Virus record (IMG/VR): IMGVR_UViG_3300038429_000032
Span: 1-36,682 of that record
Length of the DNA: 36,682 bases
Direction: 5' to 3' (one strand)
Origin: a virus
Lineage: Duplodnaviria > Caudoviricetes
The notes under the pieces were generated by a model, which was given only the letters and a program-made list of their open reading frames with translations, was not told the origin of the DNA and did not search any database. The translations under genes and the position numbers were made by a program. Below, piece by piece: positions 1 to 10,207 of the stretch (position 1 is its first letter; each line of letters begins with the position of its first letter).

Positions 1-278
1 AGAGCCACACTCTGCGCTATGATTTCCGAGCGCTGGCGAGACTGGAAAAGGAATTCGGCACCCCTATCGTTGACATCGGCGAGCGGCTCAAGGGCAAACT
101 GAACCTTGCCGATTTGACGATTCTTCTGTGGACCGGACTGCTTCACGAGGACAAGTCCATGACGCAGGAGAAGGCCGAGGACCTCGTTGGCGGAGAGGAC
201 ATCCTCTACCTCGCCTCAAAGGTGACGGAAGCGTTGACGGCGGCATTTCCGACCGTCAAGGAGCCGCTAAAAAACTGA
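1..278 (+). CDS. Tail assembly chaperone (gpG-like), 5' truncated
   Basis: Frame-3 open reading SHTLRYDFRALARLEKEFG...LLWTGLLHED...KEPLKN* read manually; lies upstream of the tape measure gene and ends in a slippery heptamer. Confidence 0.8.
   Translation, partial: SHTLRYDFRALARLEKEFGTPIVDIGERLKGKLNLADLTILLWTGLLHEDKSMTQEKAEDLVGGEDILYLASKVTEALTAAFPTVKEPLKN
269..275 (+). other. Programmed -1 ribosomal frameshift site A AAA AAC
   Basis: X XXY YYZ heptamer just before TGA 276-278; the -1 frame is the open 128..715 ORF; classic gpG/gpGT arrangement. Confidence 0.8.
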
Positions 279-715
279 CCGAGGGCGGGGAGCCTGCCGA
301 GACGCCAGACTTGTTGACGCAGGCTTTCGCTCTCGCCCTCGGCCCGTTGGCGCTCTCGCCGTTTGAGTTCTGGGTGATGACGCCGATGGAACTTGACGCG
401 ATGGCAGACGGATACCGCCTGCGCGAACGGCAAGCGTGGGAGCGGACTGCTTGTCTCCTGTCGGCTCTGACGGGACAGAAAATTGACCTCGACAAGATGC
501 TACAACCGTTGAAATCGACAAAGCATCGGCCCGTAGTCGCGGAGCCGACGACTCAAGCAGAGGCCGATAAGTTCATCGACGAGATGAACGCGATAAACGA
601 CATGAGCGCGAAACAGAAGCGGGAGCGGTGGCCGGAACTGTTCGGGGAGGCGGCGGGGCCGCAAGCCGTGGAGGACCTGCTGAAGAAGAAACCCGGTGAG
701 ATGATGGAGAACTAA
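275..715 (+). CDS. Tail assembly chaperone frameshift extension (gpT-like)
   Basis: Open -1 frame (FEFWVMTPMELDAMADGY) ending immediately before the tape measure start. Confidence 0.7.
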   Translation: MTEGGEPAETPDLLTQAFALALGPLALSPFEFWVMTPMELDAMADGYRLRERQAWERTACLLSALTGQKIDLDKMLQPLKSTKHRPVVAEPTTQAEADKFIDEMNAINDMSAKQKRERWPELFGEAAGPQAVEDLLKKKPGEMMEN

Positions 716-716
716 G

Positions 717-2753
717 ATGGCCGACGCTGGTACGCTCTACGTTCAAATCGGCGCGAAGATGGACGACCTGACGTCCGCGCTGACGCAGGTCGCTTCGCTC
801 CTCCAGCAGTTATCAGGAAAGGCCTCGGACGCTGGTCAGCAGATGGCCGATGGGCTGAACAAAGGGGTTGCTCCGGCTGGCGACTTACAGAAAGGCCTAC
901 AAGGCATCGTCGGGCAATTCGCTGTCGGCGCTCTCGCTGCTCAGGCGTTCAATTCTGTGATGGGTGCATTCAAAGATGCCATCGCTGACTCTATCAAGAA
1001 CGCCATAGAACTGGAGAGCGCTGACGCAAAACTCGCCGCCACGCTTGAGGTGACGGGCCGGAGCATCGGGGATAACCTCGAATATTACAAGCAGTTCGCT
1101 GACGCCCAGCAGAAATCTACCACATACTCCAGGGCCGAGGTCGAAGCCTCTGCCGCACTTGCCTTGCAGATGACCACCCTCAGCAAGCAGGGCATCGCCC
1201 AGGTCGTCGAAGGCGCGATGGGATTGGCCTATGTGTTCGGCGGGGACTTACAGACAAGGACTCGGCAGGTCGCCGATGGGATGGAAGGCGTATATGGCCG
1301 CCTGACAATGCTCATCCCGCAGTTGAAATTCGCCACGACCGAGGCTGAGAAACACGCCATCTTCATTGACGTGCTGAATAAATCCTATCGTGCCGCCCAG
1401 GAAGCCATCTATACAACGGCGGGACAAATCCAACAGGCGAAAAATGCCTGGAAAGAATTTTCCGCCAACGCCGGAGCAGAAGCGCTCGCCGTCACTCACT
1501 TCCGAGATATCCTCAAAAGCCTGACAGACATTATGGAGTGGACGCGCAATATCTCCGGGTCTAACGCGGCGCAGGAAAAACTTAACCAGAGTATCGCCGA
1601 GGGAATGGCAAAGGCTCAAAACTTCTCTGGCACGCTCAAGATCCTGACGCCCACGATGAAAGAGATGGGCGATGTCATAGCGAAAGGCGATAAGAGCTGG
1701 GAAGATTACAAAAACCATCTGAGCGACATGGATGCCTGGCTCATAAAGATGAAGCCCCATGTCGAAGCGCTTTCGGCGGCCACAGAAAGATTCTTCGGGG
1801 AATCTCCGAAGCCGGTGTTCGACCAGGCCGAGGCGTTTAAGGAACTCGGAATTTCAACGGGCGAAAAATTGCAGACCGAGTTGCAGCAGGCGAAGGATTT
1901 GCTGGCGGCCTATCTTCTGAATGCGAACCCGTTGCCAAAAACCATCGAAGCCATTCGGGACAAAATCACCGCACTAACGGAAGCCTTGAAACTTCATGCG
2001 CAGGCCTTTGAGATTCTGGAGACGGATATCCCGCAGTACGGCAAACTCATATCCCAGGGTCTGTGGCAGGAGACACAGGGACTCAACGTCGTCACCACGG
2101 AACTCGGAAAACTTGGCCCTCTTCAATCGAAGTTCCTGTGGGACACCATTAATCTTCAAAACCAGACGACGCGAGTCTGGAAGACTATCGGCGACACGGT
2201 ATCACGGGCTGCCCGCTCGATGGGGAGCGAATGGGCGAACCTGAGCGAGGAACTCATCACCGGAGAAATCAAGGTCCAGCAATTCTTCGAGGGAATCTGG
2301 AAGTCCATCCTAAAGTTCTTCATCCAGATCGTTGACCAGATGATAGCGAAGTGGCTCATCTTCGAGGCGCTGACCGCGATGGCAAACTTCTTTTCCGGTG
2401 GCGTCGCATCGTTCTTCAGCGGGCTCGCCGGGAAAATCGGCAATCCGTTCGGCGGGACAGGGGGCGGGTTCGCCAATGTCGAAACAATCATGGGCCAGCA
2501 GGGCTGGCAGGGCATCGTGAGCCAGCCGACGCTGTTCCTCGCCGGCGAGGCGGGACCGGAGGGCGTCTCCATCACGCCGGGCGGGTTCGGTGGCGGCGGA
2601 GGCGGCGGCAACATGACCATCAACCTCAACGTCACGGCGATGGACGGAGCCAGCGTCCTGCGTGTCTTTAGAACGCAACTCATGCCGCTCATCCAGGACG
2701 GGCTTAATCGACGGTTGTTCACCGTCCCGCGCAACGCGCTAGGAGGCATCTGA
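717..2753 (+). CDS. Tail tape measure protein
   Basis: 678 aa, Ala/Gln-rich helical; N-term MADAGTLYVQIGA; C-term GIVSQPTLFLAGEAGPEGV; position after the chaperones. Confidence 0.9.
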   Translation: MADAGTLYVQIGAKMDDLTSALTQVASLLQQLSGKASDAGQQMADGLNKGVAPAGDLQKGLQGIVGQFAVGALAAQAFNSVMGAFKDAIADSIKNAIELESADAKLAATLEVTGRSIGDNLEYYKQFADAQQKSTTYSRAEVEASAALALQMTTLSKQGIAQVVEGAMGLAYVFGGDLQTRTRQVADGMEGVYGRLTMLIPQLKFATTEAEKHAIFIDVLNKSYRAAQEAIYTTAGQIQQAKNAWKEFSANAGAEALAVTHFRDILKSLTDIMEWTRNISGSNAAQEKLNQSIAEGMAKAQNFSGTLKILTPTMKEMGDVIAKGDKSWEDYKNHLSDMDAWLIKMKPHVEALSAATERFFGESPKPVFDQAEAFKELGISTGEKLQTELQQAKDLLAAYLLNANPLPKTIEAIRDKITALTEALKLHAQAFEILETDIPQYGKLISQGLWQETQGLNVVTTELGKLGPLQSKFLWDTINLQNQTTRVWKTIGDTVSRAARSMGSEWANLSEELITGEIKVQQFFEGIWKSILKFFIQIVDQMIAKWLIFEALTAMANFFSGGVASFFSGLAGKIGNPFGGTGGGFANVETIMGQQGWQGIVSQPTLFLAGEAGPEGVSITPGGFGGGGGGGNMTINLNVTAMDGASVLRVFRTQLMPLIQDGLNRRLFTVPRNALGGI

Positions 2754-3517
2754 TGTCCAGTAGAATCCTCTACAACAACCTCTGGGACGGCGGGACGCTG
2801 ACCGACAGTTCCGAAGCCTCCGGCTATGCCGGCACGAATACACAACAGCGGTGGCCGACGCGGGTATGGCGCTCGACCGGAATCACAAGCGAATGGATTA
2901 AAGTCAATCTCGGCTCGGCGAAAGCCATCCAAGCGCTCGTCCTCCACGACCACAACCTCACGGCCGGCGCGACCGTCACGCTTCAGGGCAATGCCACAGA
3001 CTCATGGGGTGCCCCGTCCTACAATCAGGCGCTCACATGGGCCGTGGCCGGCGACGGGCCGTACACGACGTTCTGCTATTTCCCCGCCTCGACGCAGACC
3101 TACCAATGGTGGCGGCTGACGGTCGCTGATACCGGAAACACGGCGGGCTATCTCTCCGTCGGGCGAATCTTCCTCGGCCCGTACACCGGACTGACCCGCA
3201 CCTACAAGTCACGGAAATCGTCCTACGAGGACCCGTCGGTCGTCGAGACTTCCATCGGGGGCCAGAAAACATCGTTCCAGTTGACGCGCTATCGAACGTG
3301 GCAGTATGACCTGCCGAACATCGCGTCGGACAAATCGACGCTTCTCGGCATTCTGAAGGTGGTCGGCACCAGCGTCCCGTGGTTCTTCTGCGAGGATTCC
3401 ACCTATCCGTCCGTGATGACGTTCTACGTCCAGTATGCCGGGGCAATGAGTTTCTCCTACAATGCCGACGACTATCAGGTCGAAGCGGCGTCAATGAAAT
3501 TGGAGGAGATGAGATGA
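2753..3517 (+). CDS. Tail-tip protein (distal-tail-like, discoidin-like beta-sandwich N-term)
   Basis: TGATG coupling to the tape measure gene; motifs WRSTG, EWIKVNLG, YQWWRL. Confidence 0.6.
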   Translation: MSSRILYNNLWDGGTLTDSSEASGYAGTNTQQRWPTRVWRSTGITSEWIKVNLGSAKAIQALVLHDHNLTAGATVTLQGNATDSWGAPSYNQALTWAVAGDGPYTTFCYFPASTQTYQWWRLTVADTGNTAGYLSVGRIFLGPYTGLTRTYKSRKSSYEDPSVVETSIGGQKTSFQLTRYRTWQYDLPNIASDKSTLLGILKVVGTSVPWFFCEDSTYPSVMTFYVQYAGAMSFSYNADDYQVEAASMKLEEMR

Positions 3518-4209
3518 CGGTCCCGCTGGAGATAGCGAAGCCGGACTCGAAACTGGCGTTCATCTTCGAGATTGAGGTCGGTCAGCGTATTGATACCGCC
3601 TCGTGGTCGTCCGAAGGCTCCAGCACTTACTCGACGCTCGCGTGTCTGACGGCTCCGGCCGAGGTGCATGAGGCCAGCAACACGACGTTCCTGACGACTG
3701 ATGACCAGTCGGTCGGGAGCGTGGCGACCTGCAAGATTACGGCCGGTAGTTATTACTACGACCCCGCCGCCGCGAAACTCTACCTCCACGCCATCGCCGG
3801 CAACAATCCGAGCGATACGACGATCGCGGTGATGGCGTTCTACTGGCGGCGGTTCTGTGACCAGCAGTACCCGCCGCCCTATACCATTGTCGATATCGGA
3901 GGCTTTGAAATCGAGCCCCGACTTCTCAAAGACTCCATTCCGGACATCACGCTGGAATTGACGATGTTCTATGAAGGCACCCAGCGCCAGACATGGGACA
4001 CCATCACCATCGCCAACGGTGACGGCGCGTATGACCTGGACATTGTGAACTTCATCTGGGAGTCGCGCCTCTGCTATCTGAAAGCCGTCGTTCCGGGCGA
4101 GGCGTATTCCGCCGCTGTGAACTGTGTGCGGGCCAGAACGGGCAAGGTGACCTGGGCCGATGACGTTCTCAGCGTAGACGTCGAGGACCAGATGCTCAAT
4201 ACGGACTGA
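3514..4209 (+). CDS. Minor tail protein
   Basis: ATGA overlap with GGAGG RBS (start MTVPLEIAK); tail module position. Confidence 0.6.
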   Translation: MTVPLEIAKPDSKLAFIFEIEVGQRIDTASWSSEGSSTYSTLACLTAPAEVHEASNTTFLTTDDQSVGSVATCKITAGSYYYDPAAAKLYLHAIAGNNPSDTTIAVMAFYWRRFCDQQYPPPYTIVDIGGFEIEPRLLKDSIPDITLELTMFYEGTQRQTWDTITIANGDGAYDLDIVNFIWESRLCYLKAVVPGEAYSAAVNCVRARTGKVTWADDVLSVDVEDQMLNTD

Positions 4210-5753
4210 TGACGATTATGATAAACACGATTATACCTCTCCGCAATTACGACATTGTGACATATCCGAATATCGACCCGACTGCCGTCGGCAACGCCAT
4301 CCCCATCGGGTACGGCACGTTGACGAACATCCCCCCGACACAAATCGACACGACGGCGCACGCATTCAAAATCGTGGACCAGAGCATCCATTCCATCGAC
4401 GCCATTCGCTCGGCGGCGAAGAATCCGCTCATCCTCGGCCTCGACTACACGCAGGACTTGACGACCGGGCAGTTCACGCTCATTTTCAACCAGAAGTTCT
4501 CGGTCGGCATCGGCCACACATATTACTTCTCCATCGAGGGCGACTTCGCCATCAGCGGCTCCAACTATGTTGTCGTCGGCGAGAGTTCCAGCGTGGCGAA
4601 CGGGCAGGGCTATACAATCAACGGTTCTCGGGGCTGGAGCTCAACCTCCGGTCAATCCGTATCGTTCCAACTCTACGGAAAGGTGGCGGTGGACGCTGCC
4701 GAGACATTATATATCGACAACTCAGATACCAGCGGGACGGCTAAAAATTTGAGGAACTCCGCGACCGACACGGCCATCGGGCAGGCGTTCACGGTCGGTA
4801 CGCAGTTCTTCCCGACGAAACTCATTCTCTATGGCGGCTCCGTGGTCGGCACGCCGAGCGGGAATGTCTGGGTCAAGTTCTATTCGTCGAAATCTCCGGA
4901 GACGCAGTTCGGGCCGCTGACGGCCACCATCCCGGCAAACGAGGCGACCGACGGCGCGCAGTTGGCCACGCCGATCTGCAACGAGGACACGAACCTGACG
5001 TGCGACATCCAGGGCCCCGTCAACGGCTCCAGCGTCGTCATCACCACCGCCGACGATGTCATCTATGATATTGTCGTCGGCATCATGGGCTACCCCGCCG
5101 CGACGCTCGATGCGACGGCGCTCGCCGCGATGCACACCAGATGCACACAGACGCTAGGTATCTTCGTTGACCGGCAATTGACATTCGGCGACTTCAATAG
5201 CCAACTCGAACAGACGGTCCTCTACAAGTGGACGCCCTACCATGACGGCACCTACGGGACGGTCGTATTCCTGAGCGGCACGCCCGCCAACACGCCGGTG
5301 CTGGCCGACGAGGACTTCATCATGTTCAATGTCATCCACGAAGTGCAGGCCATCCAGAAGCACATCAACATCAAATACGCCGAGAGCCTGGACGGGCAGA
5401 CGTTCAAGGCGAAGGATATGGTGTCGAATATCTCCAACTTCTTTTACTCGAACGCCGAGTCGTTGGAGATGGAGACGTACCTCGTCGCCGATGCCGATGC
5501 GGCGGCGCTCTGCGCGAACTTCCTGACGCTCTACCAACAGCCGCAAATCCTCGTTGATTTCGAGGTCCACGGTTACGGGCTGAACCTCGTGCCGGGGCGC
5601 GACAAAGTGAGCATCAGCCGCACGCGGGCCCCCTGGCCGGGCGGCGCGATGACGAACGTGCTGTTCCGAATTATGAAAATCGTCAAGAAGCCGCAGAGCG
5701 CGACGACGGAAATCATCGCCCAACTCGACACGCAGACCATCATCTATACATAG
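4209..5753 (+). CDS. Tail-tip/baseplate hub-like protein
   Basis: TGATG overlap; GNAIPIGYG motif near N-term; 514 aa; tail module position. Confidence 0.6.
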   Translation: MTIMINTIIPLRNYDIVTYPNIDPTAVGNAIPIGYGTLTNIPPTQIDTTAHAFKIVDQSIHSIDAIRSAAKNPLILGLDYTQDLTTGQFTLIFNQKFSVGIGHTYYFSIEGDFAISGSNYVVVGESSSVANGQGYTINGSRGWSSTSGQSVSFQLYGKVAVDAAETLYIDNSDTSGTAKNLRNSATDTAIGQAFTVGTQFFPTKLILYGGSVVGTPSGNVWVKFYSSKSPETQFGPLTATIPANEATDGAQLATPICNEDTNLTCDIQGPVNGSSVVITTADDVIYDIVVGIMGYPAATLDATALAAMHTRCTQTLGIFVDRQLTFGDFNSQLEQTVLYKWTPYHDGTYGTVVFLSGTPANTPVLADEDFIMFNVIHEVQAIQKHINIKYAESLDGQTFKAKDMVSNISNFFYSNAESLEMETYLVADADAAALCANFLTLYQQPQILVDFEVHGYGLNLVPGRDKVSISRTRAPWPGGAMTNVLFRIMKIVKKPQSATTEIIAQLDTQTIIYT

Positions 5754-5763
5754 GGGATAAGCC

Positions 5764-7974
5764 ATGCCGGTATCAGGAAAACGAATCGCGCTTAAGCAGG
5801 ACGTGGAAGCGCTGTCCAGGAAACTCCAGAACATGATTCGGGGTGGCCCGTACATTACGCTGGACGCCCCCACGGGTATCGGAGGATCGCTTGCGACATT
5901 GAGCGATGTAAATCTTTCGGGCGTTCAAGATGATGATTCTCTCCGATATAATTTATCGGCGGGGATGTGGGAAAACGATAGCAGAACATTTGTCAGGCCG
6001 GAATGGTACGGGGCGAAGGGCGACGGGACGACGGACGACACGGCGGCGATTCGGGCGGCGATAACCGCTGGTGCGGCGGCGAAACTCCCCGTGGTATTGT
6101 CTGGGACATATGTGTTTACGGCCACGTTATCATTGCCTCAATACACGATTTTGCGGGGGGTCAATGCCGGGGGAAGCACAACCTTGGGCTATGGGGCGGT
6201 TCTAATTTTTAACCCATCTTCTGCAATCCCGGCCATACAGACTAACCCCGGTGGTTCATATTGTAATTCCATCGAACTAGATAATTTTCATTTGAAAACC
6301 GATGGCATACTTGCATATCCGACTATCGGGATTGATTTTAATGGTGTGCTTGGCGGGAAGATAAGCGGAGTGGGGATTGCTGGTCCGTTCAGCGTGGCGG
6401 GGTTGGTTGTGGATGGTCCACTAGATTGCCAGTTGGACAAAATTGACATTGGCAATACCAATGCGACTCAGGCGATGGCTTCTGGGATTTTATTTACGGG
6501 GACATCTTGGGTTGGGACAACGACAACAATTTTGGATATTTATATTCATGGGCTTCTCGGTTCTGCGGTGGGCGGCATAACGGATGGGATTGTCGTCGAA
6601 GGTGATTATGACATAGTTTTTCTAAAGCCTATCGTTGAAACGATAAGTCGCTATGCTTGCAACATCCACAAGGGAAGTCGGGTTGATATATATTCCCCCT
6701 ATGTTGAAAACTGTCCAAACATTGACGGAGCGATTCCGATAATTAGGGTTGCCAAGGATGACCTTGGGGCGACACCTACAACTATTGTCAATATCTGTGG
6801 CGGAAATCTCGGGGGTCCAAACTCGGGTTATTCATTGGCGTATGGATTCCAGGTTGGAGAGGCATATCTTGTAAATGTGGCGGGGACTACCCTTGAGCGC
6901 GTAGGCCATATTCTAGAATCAGACGCTTGGTACGGCGGCGGGGCTGGCCCGAAAATAAGTTTCCGTGGGATTACCGACAACAATGGCTCATCTTATTTCG
7001 GGACTGTCGGAGACCCCGATGCTCTTTATTGGGACCAAAGTAATAGAGTAGGCTATCCCCCCCTCGCCCATGCTGGACTAGGGACAGGGGGCAATGTCCC
7101 AATTTATTATAAATCTCCAGGGATGCAGTATTTTGCCACAGATTACGGGACTCGCGGTGGTCCGATTTGGTGGAATGGGACGGAGTGGGTTGACGTATAT
7201 GGACAGTCCGTAACATTAACTTCTTATCTAAATCCTTCTGTTGCGGCGTTTACCATCGGAGATGAAACTGTTGGGGAATTGTGGGGGACTTCTATAACGC
7301 TAGGGAACACTCTTATAAATGCCAGTTTTGAATTGCCCACAGGAGATGACGGAAATCCACCGAGTTGGTATAGAAGCAACTGTGATTGCGCTACGGTTGT
7401 CGGAGGGGAAAGTGGATATTGCGTCCAAATAACTAGAAATGCGGCTAATTTTCAATGGATTTTGCAGGGAGCGTCTGGCCTAGTGGTCGGCAGGACTTAT
7501 TCCGTTTCGGCCTATGTAAAATCGGGAACCTCTGGTAACGAAACATACAAGATTTATGTATCAGATTGCGGAGGGGGCTCATATGGGTCACCTCTTATAA
7601 CCGGGACGACATCTGGCTCATGGGTTCAGGTTACAAACACATTCGTCGCTACAGGAACTACCGGAAATTTCATTTTGATGAAGGATTCCGCTACTCCCGG
7701 CACGATGTTATTTGACGAGGCCAATTGTCATGGCATCACCTCTGGAAATGCAGACGTTGTTGGGGTTTACAAAGTTGCTGGCACCCAGGTCGTCGGGGCG
7801 CAGGGTGCGGCGGTTGCTGACGCCTCTGCCGTGTCTGGAACGGCGACAAGCGGGGGGTATGGATTTGTGAGTTCTACGGAGATGAACAATTTTATTTCTG
7901 GAGTCAACGCCCTAAAAGACCAATTTAATACATTGCTTTCTAGGGATAGGGCGCATGGATTGATAGCCACGTGA
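5764..7974 (+). CDS. Tailspike / receptor-binding protein (pectate-lyase-like beta-helix plus CBM-like domain)
   Basis: PEWYGAKGDGTTDDTAAIRAAI motif; Gly/Asn/Ile-rich beta-helix-like middle; LINASFE and YSVSAYVK CBM-like segment. Confidence 0.8.
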   Translation: MPVSGKRIALKQDVEALSRKLQNMIRGGPYITLDAPTGIGGSLATLSDVNLSGVQDDDSLRYNLSAGMWENDSRTFVRPEWYGAKGDGTTDDTAAIRAAITAGAAAKLPVVLSGTYVFTATLSLPQYTILRGVNAGGSTTLGYGAVLIFNPSSAIPAIQTNPGGSYCNSIELDNFHLKTDGILAYPTIGIDFNGVLGGKISGVGIAGPFSVAGLVVDGPLDCQLDKIDIGNTNATQAMASGILFTGTSWVGTTTTILDIYIHGLLGSAVGGITDGIVVEGDYDIVFLKPIVETISRYACNIHKGSRVDIYSPYVENCPNIDGAIPIIRVAKDDLGATPTTIVNICGGNLGGPNSGYSLAYGFQVGEAYLVNVAGTTLERVGHILESDAWYGGGAGPKISFRGITDNNGSSYFGTVGDPDALYWDQSNRVGYPPLAHAGLGTGGNVPIYYKSPGMQYFATDYGTRGGPIWWNGTEWVDVYGQSVTLTSYLNPSVAAFTIGDETVGELWGTSITLGNTLINASFELPTGDDGNPPSWYRSNCDCATVVGGESGYCVQITRNAANFQWILQGASGLVVGRTYSVSAYVKSGTSGNETYKIYVSDCGGGSYGSPLITGTTSGSWVQVTNTFVATGTTGNFILMKDSATPGTMLFDEANCHGITSGNADVVGVYKVAGTQVVGAQGAAVADASAVSGTATSGGYGFVSSTEMNNFISGVNALKDQFNTLLSRDRAHGLIAT

Positions 7975-8062
7975 GGTGGATAGATGTGTTGCCGATGGGT
8001 CAAGGTCTGCCGCTGTGACCAATCGGCGTAGCGTGCGCTTATCGGCCTAACCGCAGAATCGC

Positions 8063-8296
8063 CTAGAGTTTCCCCGCGAGTCCGCACCAGCCTCCGGGAA
8101 TTTGACCATATTCATACGGATGTGTTCCTCTGCTATTTGGCCCAGGGACACCGATGACCTCTATCATTCCGATGCGCCACATGGCGCACTTATCCTCTAG
8201 GCAGGGGGCAAATCCATAATCATAAACAGCATAACTGGTGTTTTCCTCATAGGGGCTATAAGCCCTCCTAAATGGGCATAGTTTCGGTTCGCTCAT
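8063..8296 (-). CDS. Small Cys-containing phage protein (MSEPKLCPF...CLEDKCAMW...GWCGLAG)
   Basis: ATGA overlap with upstream minus-strand ORF; four spaced Cys. Confidence 0.65.
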   Translation of the reverse strand: MSEPKLCPFRRAYSPYEENTSYAVYDYGFAPCLEDKCAMWRIGMIEVIGVPGPNSRGTHPYEYGQIPGGWCGLAGKL

Positions 8297-8523
8297 ACCC
8301 ATGCCCAACCCTTCGTTAGACTTGGTTTCTCCCCGGATCGCTGGTGTATCTGTTCAAGCATCCCGGCGATGATGATCTCCGTCGCGTGCTTTGGCCCCTC
8401 GATGTTAATCAGATCCGGCGAGACGTTCGAGCGGAGCAGGAGAGCTGTCGCGTACCGACGGTTTGGCCGCCAGCGGATAATCACTTCCACGTCGCCTGTC
8501 AGTTTCCTTTTTGCGCGGCCCAT
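8293..8523 (-). CDS. Hypothetical protein, translationally coupled to the TROVE gene
   Basis: TGATG overlap at 8521-8525 and ATGA overlap at 8293-8296. Confidence 0.6.
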   Translation of the reverse strand: MGRAKRKLTGDVEVIIRWRPNRRYATALLLRSNVSPDLINIEGPKHATEIIIAGMLEQIHQRSGEKPSLTKGWAWV

Positions 8524-10040
8524 CAGAGTTCCATCGCCTCTATCTCGGCGATAGCCGTCGAGCCGTTCTCGGCGCGGTCCACTAACTCGAACACCCGCTC
8601 ATTCCATCCGGCGATGAATGACATTCCCGTGGCACGGTCGATGCGGACGGGCGTCGTCCCATATCCGGCGAGGTCGATATAATAGCCTCGAGCGGCGGGG
8701 AACTGCGCGTGATATTGGGCCCAAAGCGTTGCGGACTCATGCACGATGGCGTAGCGAGGATCGCTGTCCCACCATTGGCAGTCGGTGAAGAAGATGACCT
8801 TGTCGAACTCGGCTTTGCTCTGGAGCAGGAATTTGAGCGCCAGATATCCGTTCGTCGAACCGCCGAGCGTGCCTTGCATCTTCGAGAGGTGCGCCGCGTT
8901 CGCCAGGACCCCGGCGCGCGGCAGGTTCACGAGTTGGAACCGATTGGCGAACAGCCCGACCTTCGGGTTCTTCAAGTACGTGTTGAGCAGAGAGGCCATG
9001 ACGATGCCGACCTCATAGAGTTTGACCTTCGATTGGGAGGACAGCGCATTGTCCATCGAGCCGGAGATATCGCAGACCAGCATCACGCGGTCGTCAGCGT
9101 CGATGCCTTTGATGTTCTGGACGGCGACCGTCATCGCCTGCTCCAGAGCCTCCGCGACCCGGCGGTCGAACTTCAATCCATCCATTGCCGACAATTCCCG
9201 CGCGGCCGAGAAGAAACGGAACGGGAACTGGCGGGAGCGCATGACTTCCTCTTCGTTGCCGAGCCGGGCGCAGACTTGCTCGACGTGCGCGCTCGAAACG
9301 CCGGCGCTCAGGATGTTCCGCAGATTGCGGAGCAACGCCATATAGCCGACCTTGCCGGAGTCCAGCAACGCTTCCCACGTCTCGCGGTTGTTGCCCTTCG
9401 CGGAGAGTTCCGATTCCCACGTATAGGCGGCTCCGAGTTCGTTGGCGGCGATTTTCTTGTAGAGCGCCTCACGCTCGGCTGTCGGCTTCGGGTGGCAGAG
9501 GAACATCACATCGCGGAGCGAGATGCCTTTGCCCGCACCGTCCCATTTAGAGAATTGATACTCGTCGAATCGCCCGAACGCATCGGCCAGCCCGAGTTGC
9601 AGTTGGTGGGACATCTTCGAGAGTTGCTTGGCTCCGGTGCGCGGGTTGAGAAGCGCGTAGCATGAGAGCGTCTCCGTCAACTCATCGACGCGCCGGATGA
9701 CGCGGCCCGCGACCCGTCGCACGAGGTCGTCGCCGCTGTGCAGTTGTGCGAGTTCGGCCAGTAGCATGATGGGGATTGAGCGGAGCCACATCGACTCGCG
9801 GCAATAGATGGCAAGCCGCGCCGTGAACTCCGGCGGGGCGCTCTGCACGAGCCGCGTGAGGCGCTCCAGTTCCGCTTCGGTTGTCGCGTAGAACTTGTCG
9901 CTCAAAAGACTCGTGACGGCCAGCGCATACAACTCCGCCTTCGCTTCGAGCGTGTAGGCGGGCGCGCCTTCGTAGTTGACCGTCGGGGCTTTGGCGGCCG
10001 AAGTGTTCCGGCCTTTCGTCGTGGTGTTGAACCTCGTCAT
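8523..10040 (-). CDS. rsr: Ro60/Rsr-like TROVE-domain RNA-binding protein with C-terminal vWA domain
   Basis: 505 aa; motifs VNYEGAPAY, RVDEL, YTWESELS, YMALLRNLRN, FPFRF; vWA MIDAS DISGSM and FTD; GGAGG RBS upstream. Confidence 0.93.
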   Translation of the reverse strand: MTRFNTTTKGRNTSAAKAPTVNYEGAPAYTLEAKAELYALAVTSLLSDKFYATTEAELERLTRLVQSAPPEFTARLAIYCRESMWLRSIPIMLLAELAQLHSGDDLVRRVAGRVIRRVDELTETLSCYALLNPRTGAKQLSKMSHQLQLGLADAFGRFDEYQFSKWDGAGKGISLRDVMFLCHPKPTAEREALYKKIAANELGAAYTWESELSAKGNNRETWEALLDSGKVGYMALLRNLRNILSAGVSSAHVEQVCARLGNEEEVMRSRQFPFRFFSAARELSAMDGLKFDRRVAEALEQAMTVAVQNIKGIDADDRVMLVCDISGSMDNALSSQSKVKLYEVGIVMASLLNTYLKNPKVGLFANRFQLVNLPRAGVLANAAHLSKMQGTLGGSTNGYLALKFLLQSKAEFDKVIFFTDCQWWDSDPRYAIVHESATLWAQYHAQFPAARGYYIDLAGYGTTPVRIDRATGMSFIAGWNERVFELVDRAENGSTAIAEIEAMEL

Positions 10041-10070
10041 TTCCTTTCCTCCTCCGTGCGAGATATTTAT

Positions 10071-10189
10071 GACGAGGGAATCAGCGGACGCGGAGGTGCC
10101 TTGCCATTAGGCTACGCGCCCGGCGGCGCGGCAGGATTCGAACCTGCAATCGTTGTGATACGAAGTATCCGCATCCTACGCCACTCGTC
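10071..10189 (-). ncRNA. Y RNA-like gene, YrlA-type with permuted tRNA-like domain
   Basis: Minus strand: terminal stem GACGAG/CTCGTC; TGGCGTAG; T-arm GCAGG-TTCGAAT-CCTGC (10131-10147); loop-closed acceptor stem CGCGCC-GCCG-GGCGCG; D-arm TAGCCTAATGGCAAGGCA; adjacent to TROVE gene. Confidence 0.85.
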
Positions 10190-10207
10190 TCATTGGCGAA
10201 TATTTCA

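Noticed and set aside
8709-9665. 318-aa plus-strand ORF
   Set aside because: Antisense shadow of the GC-rich TROVE gene; no motifs
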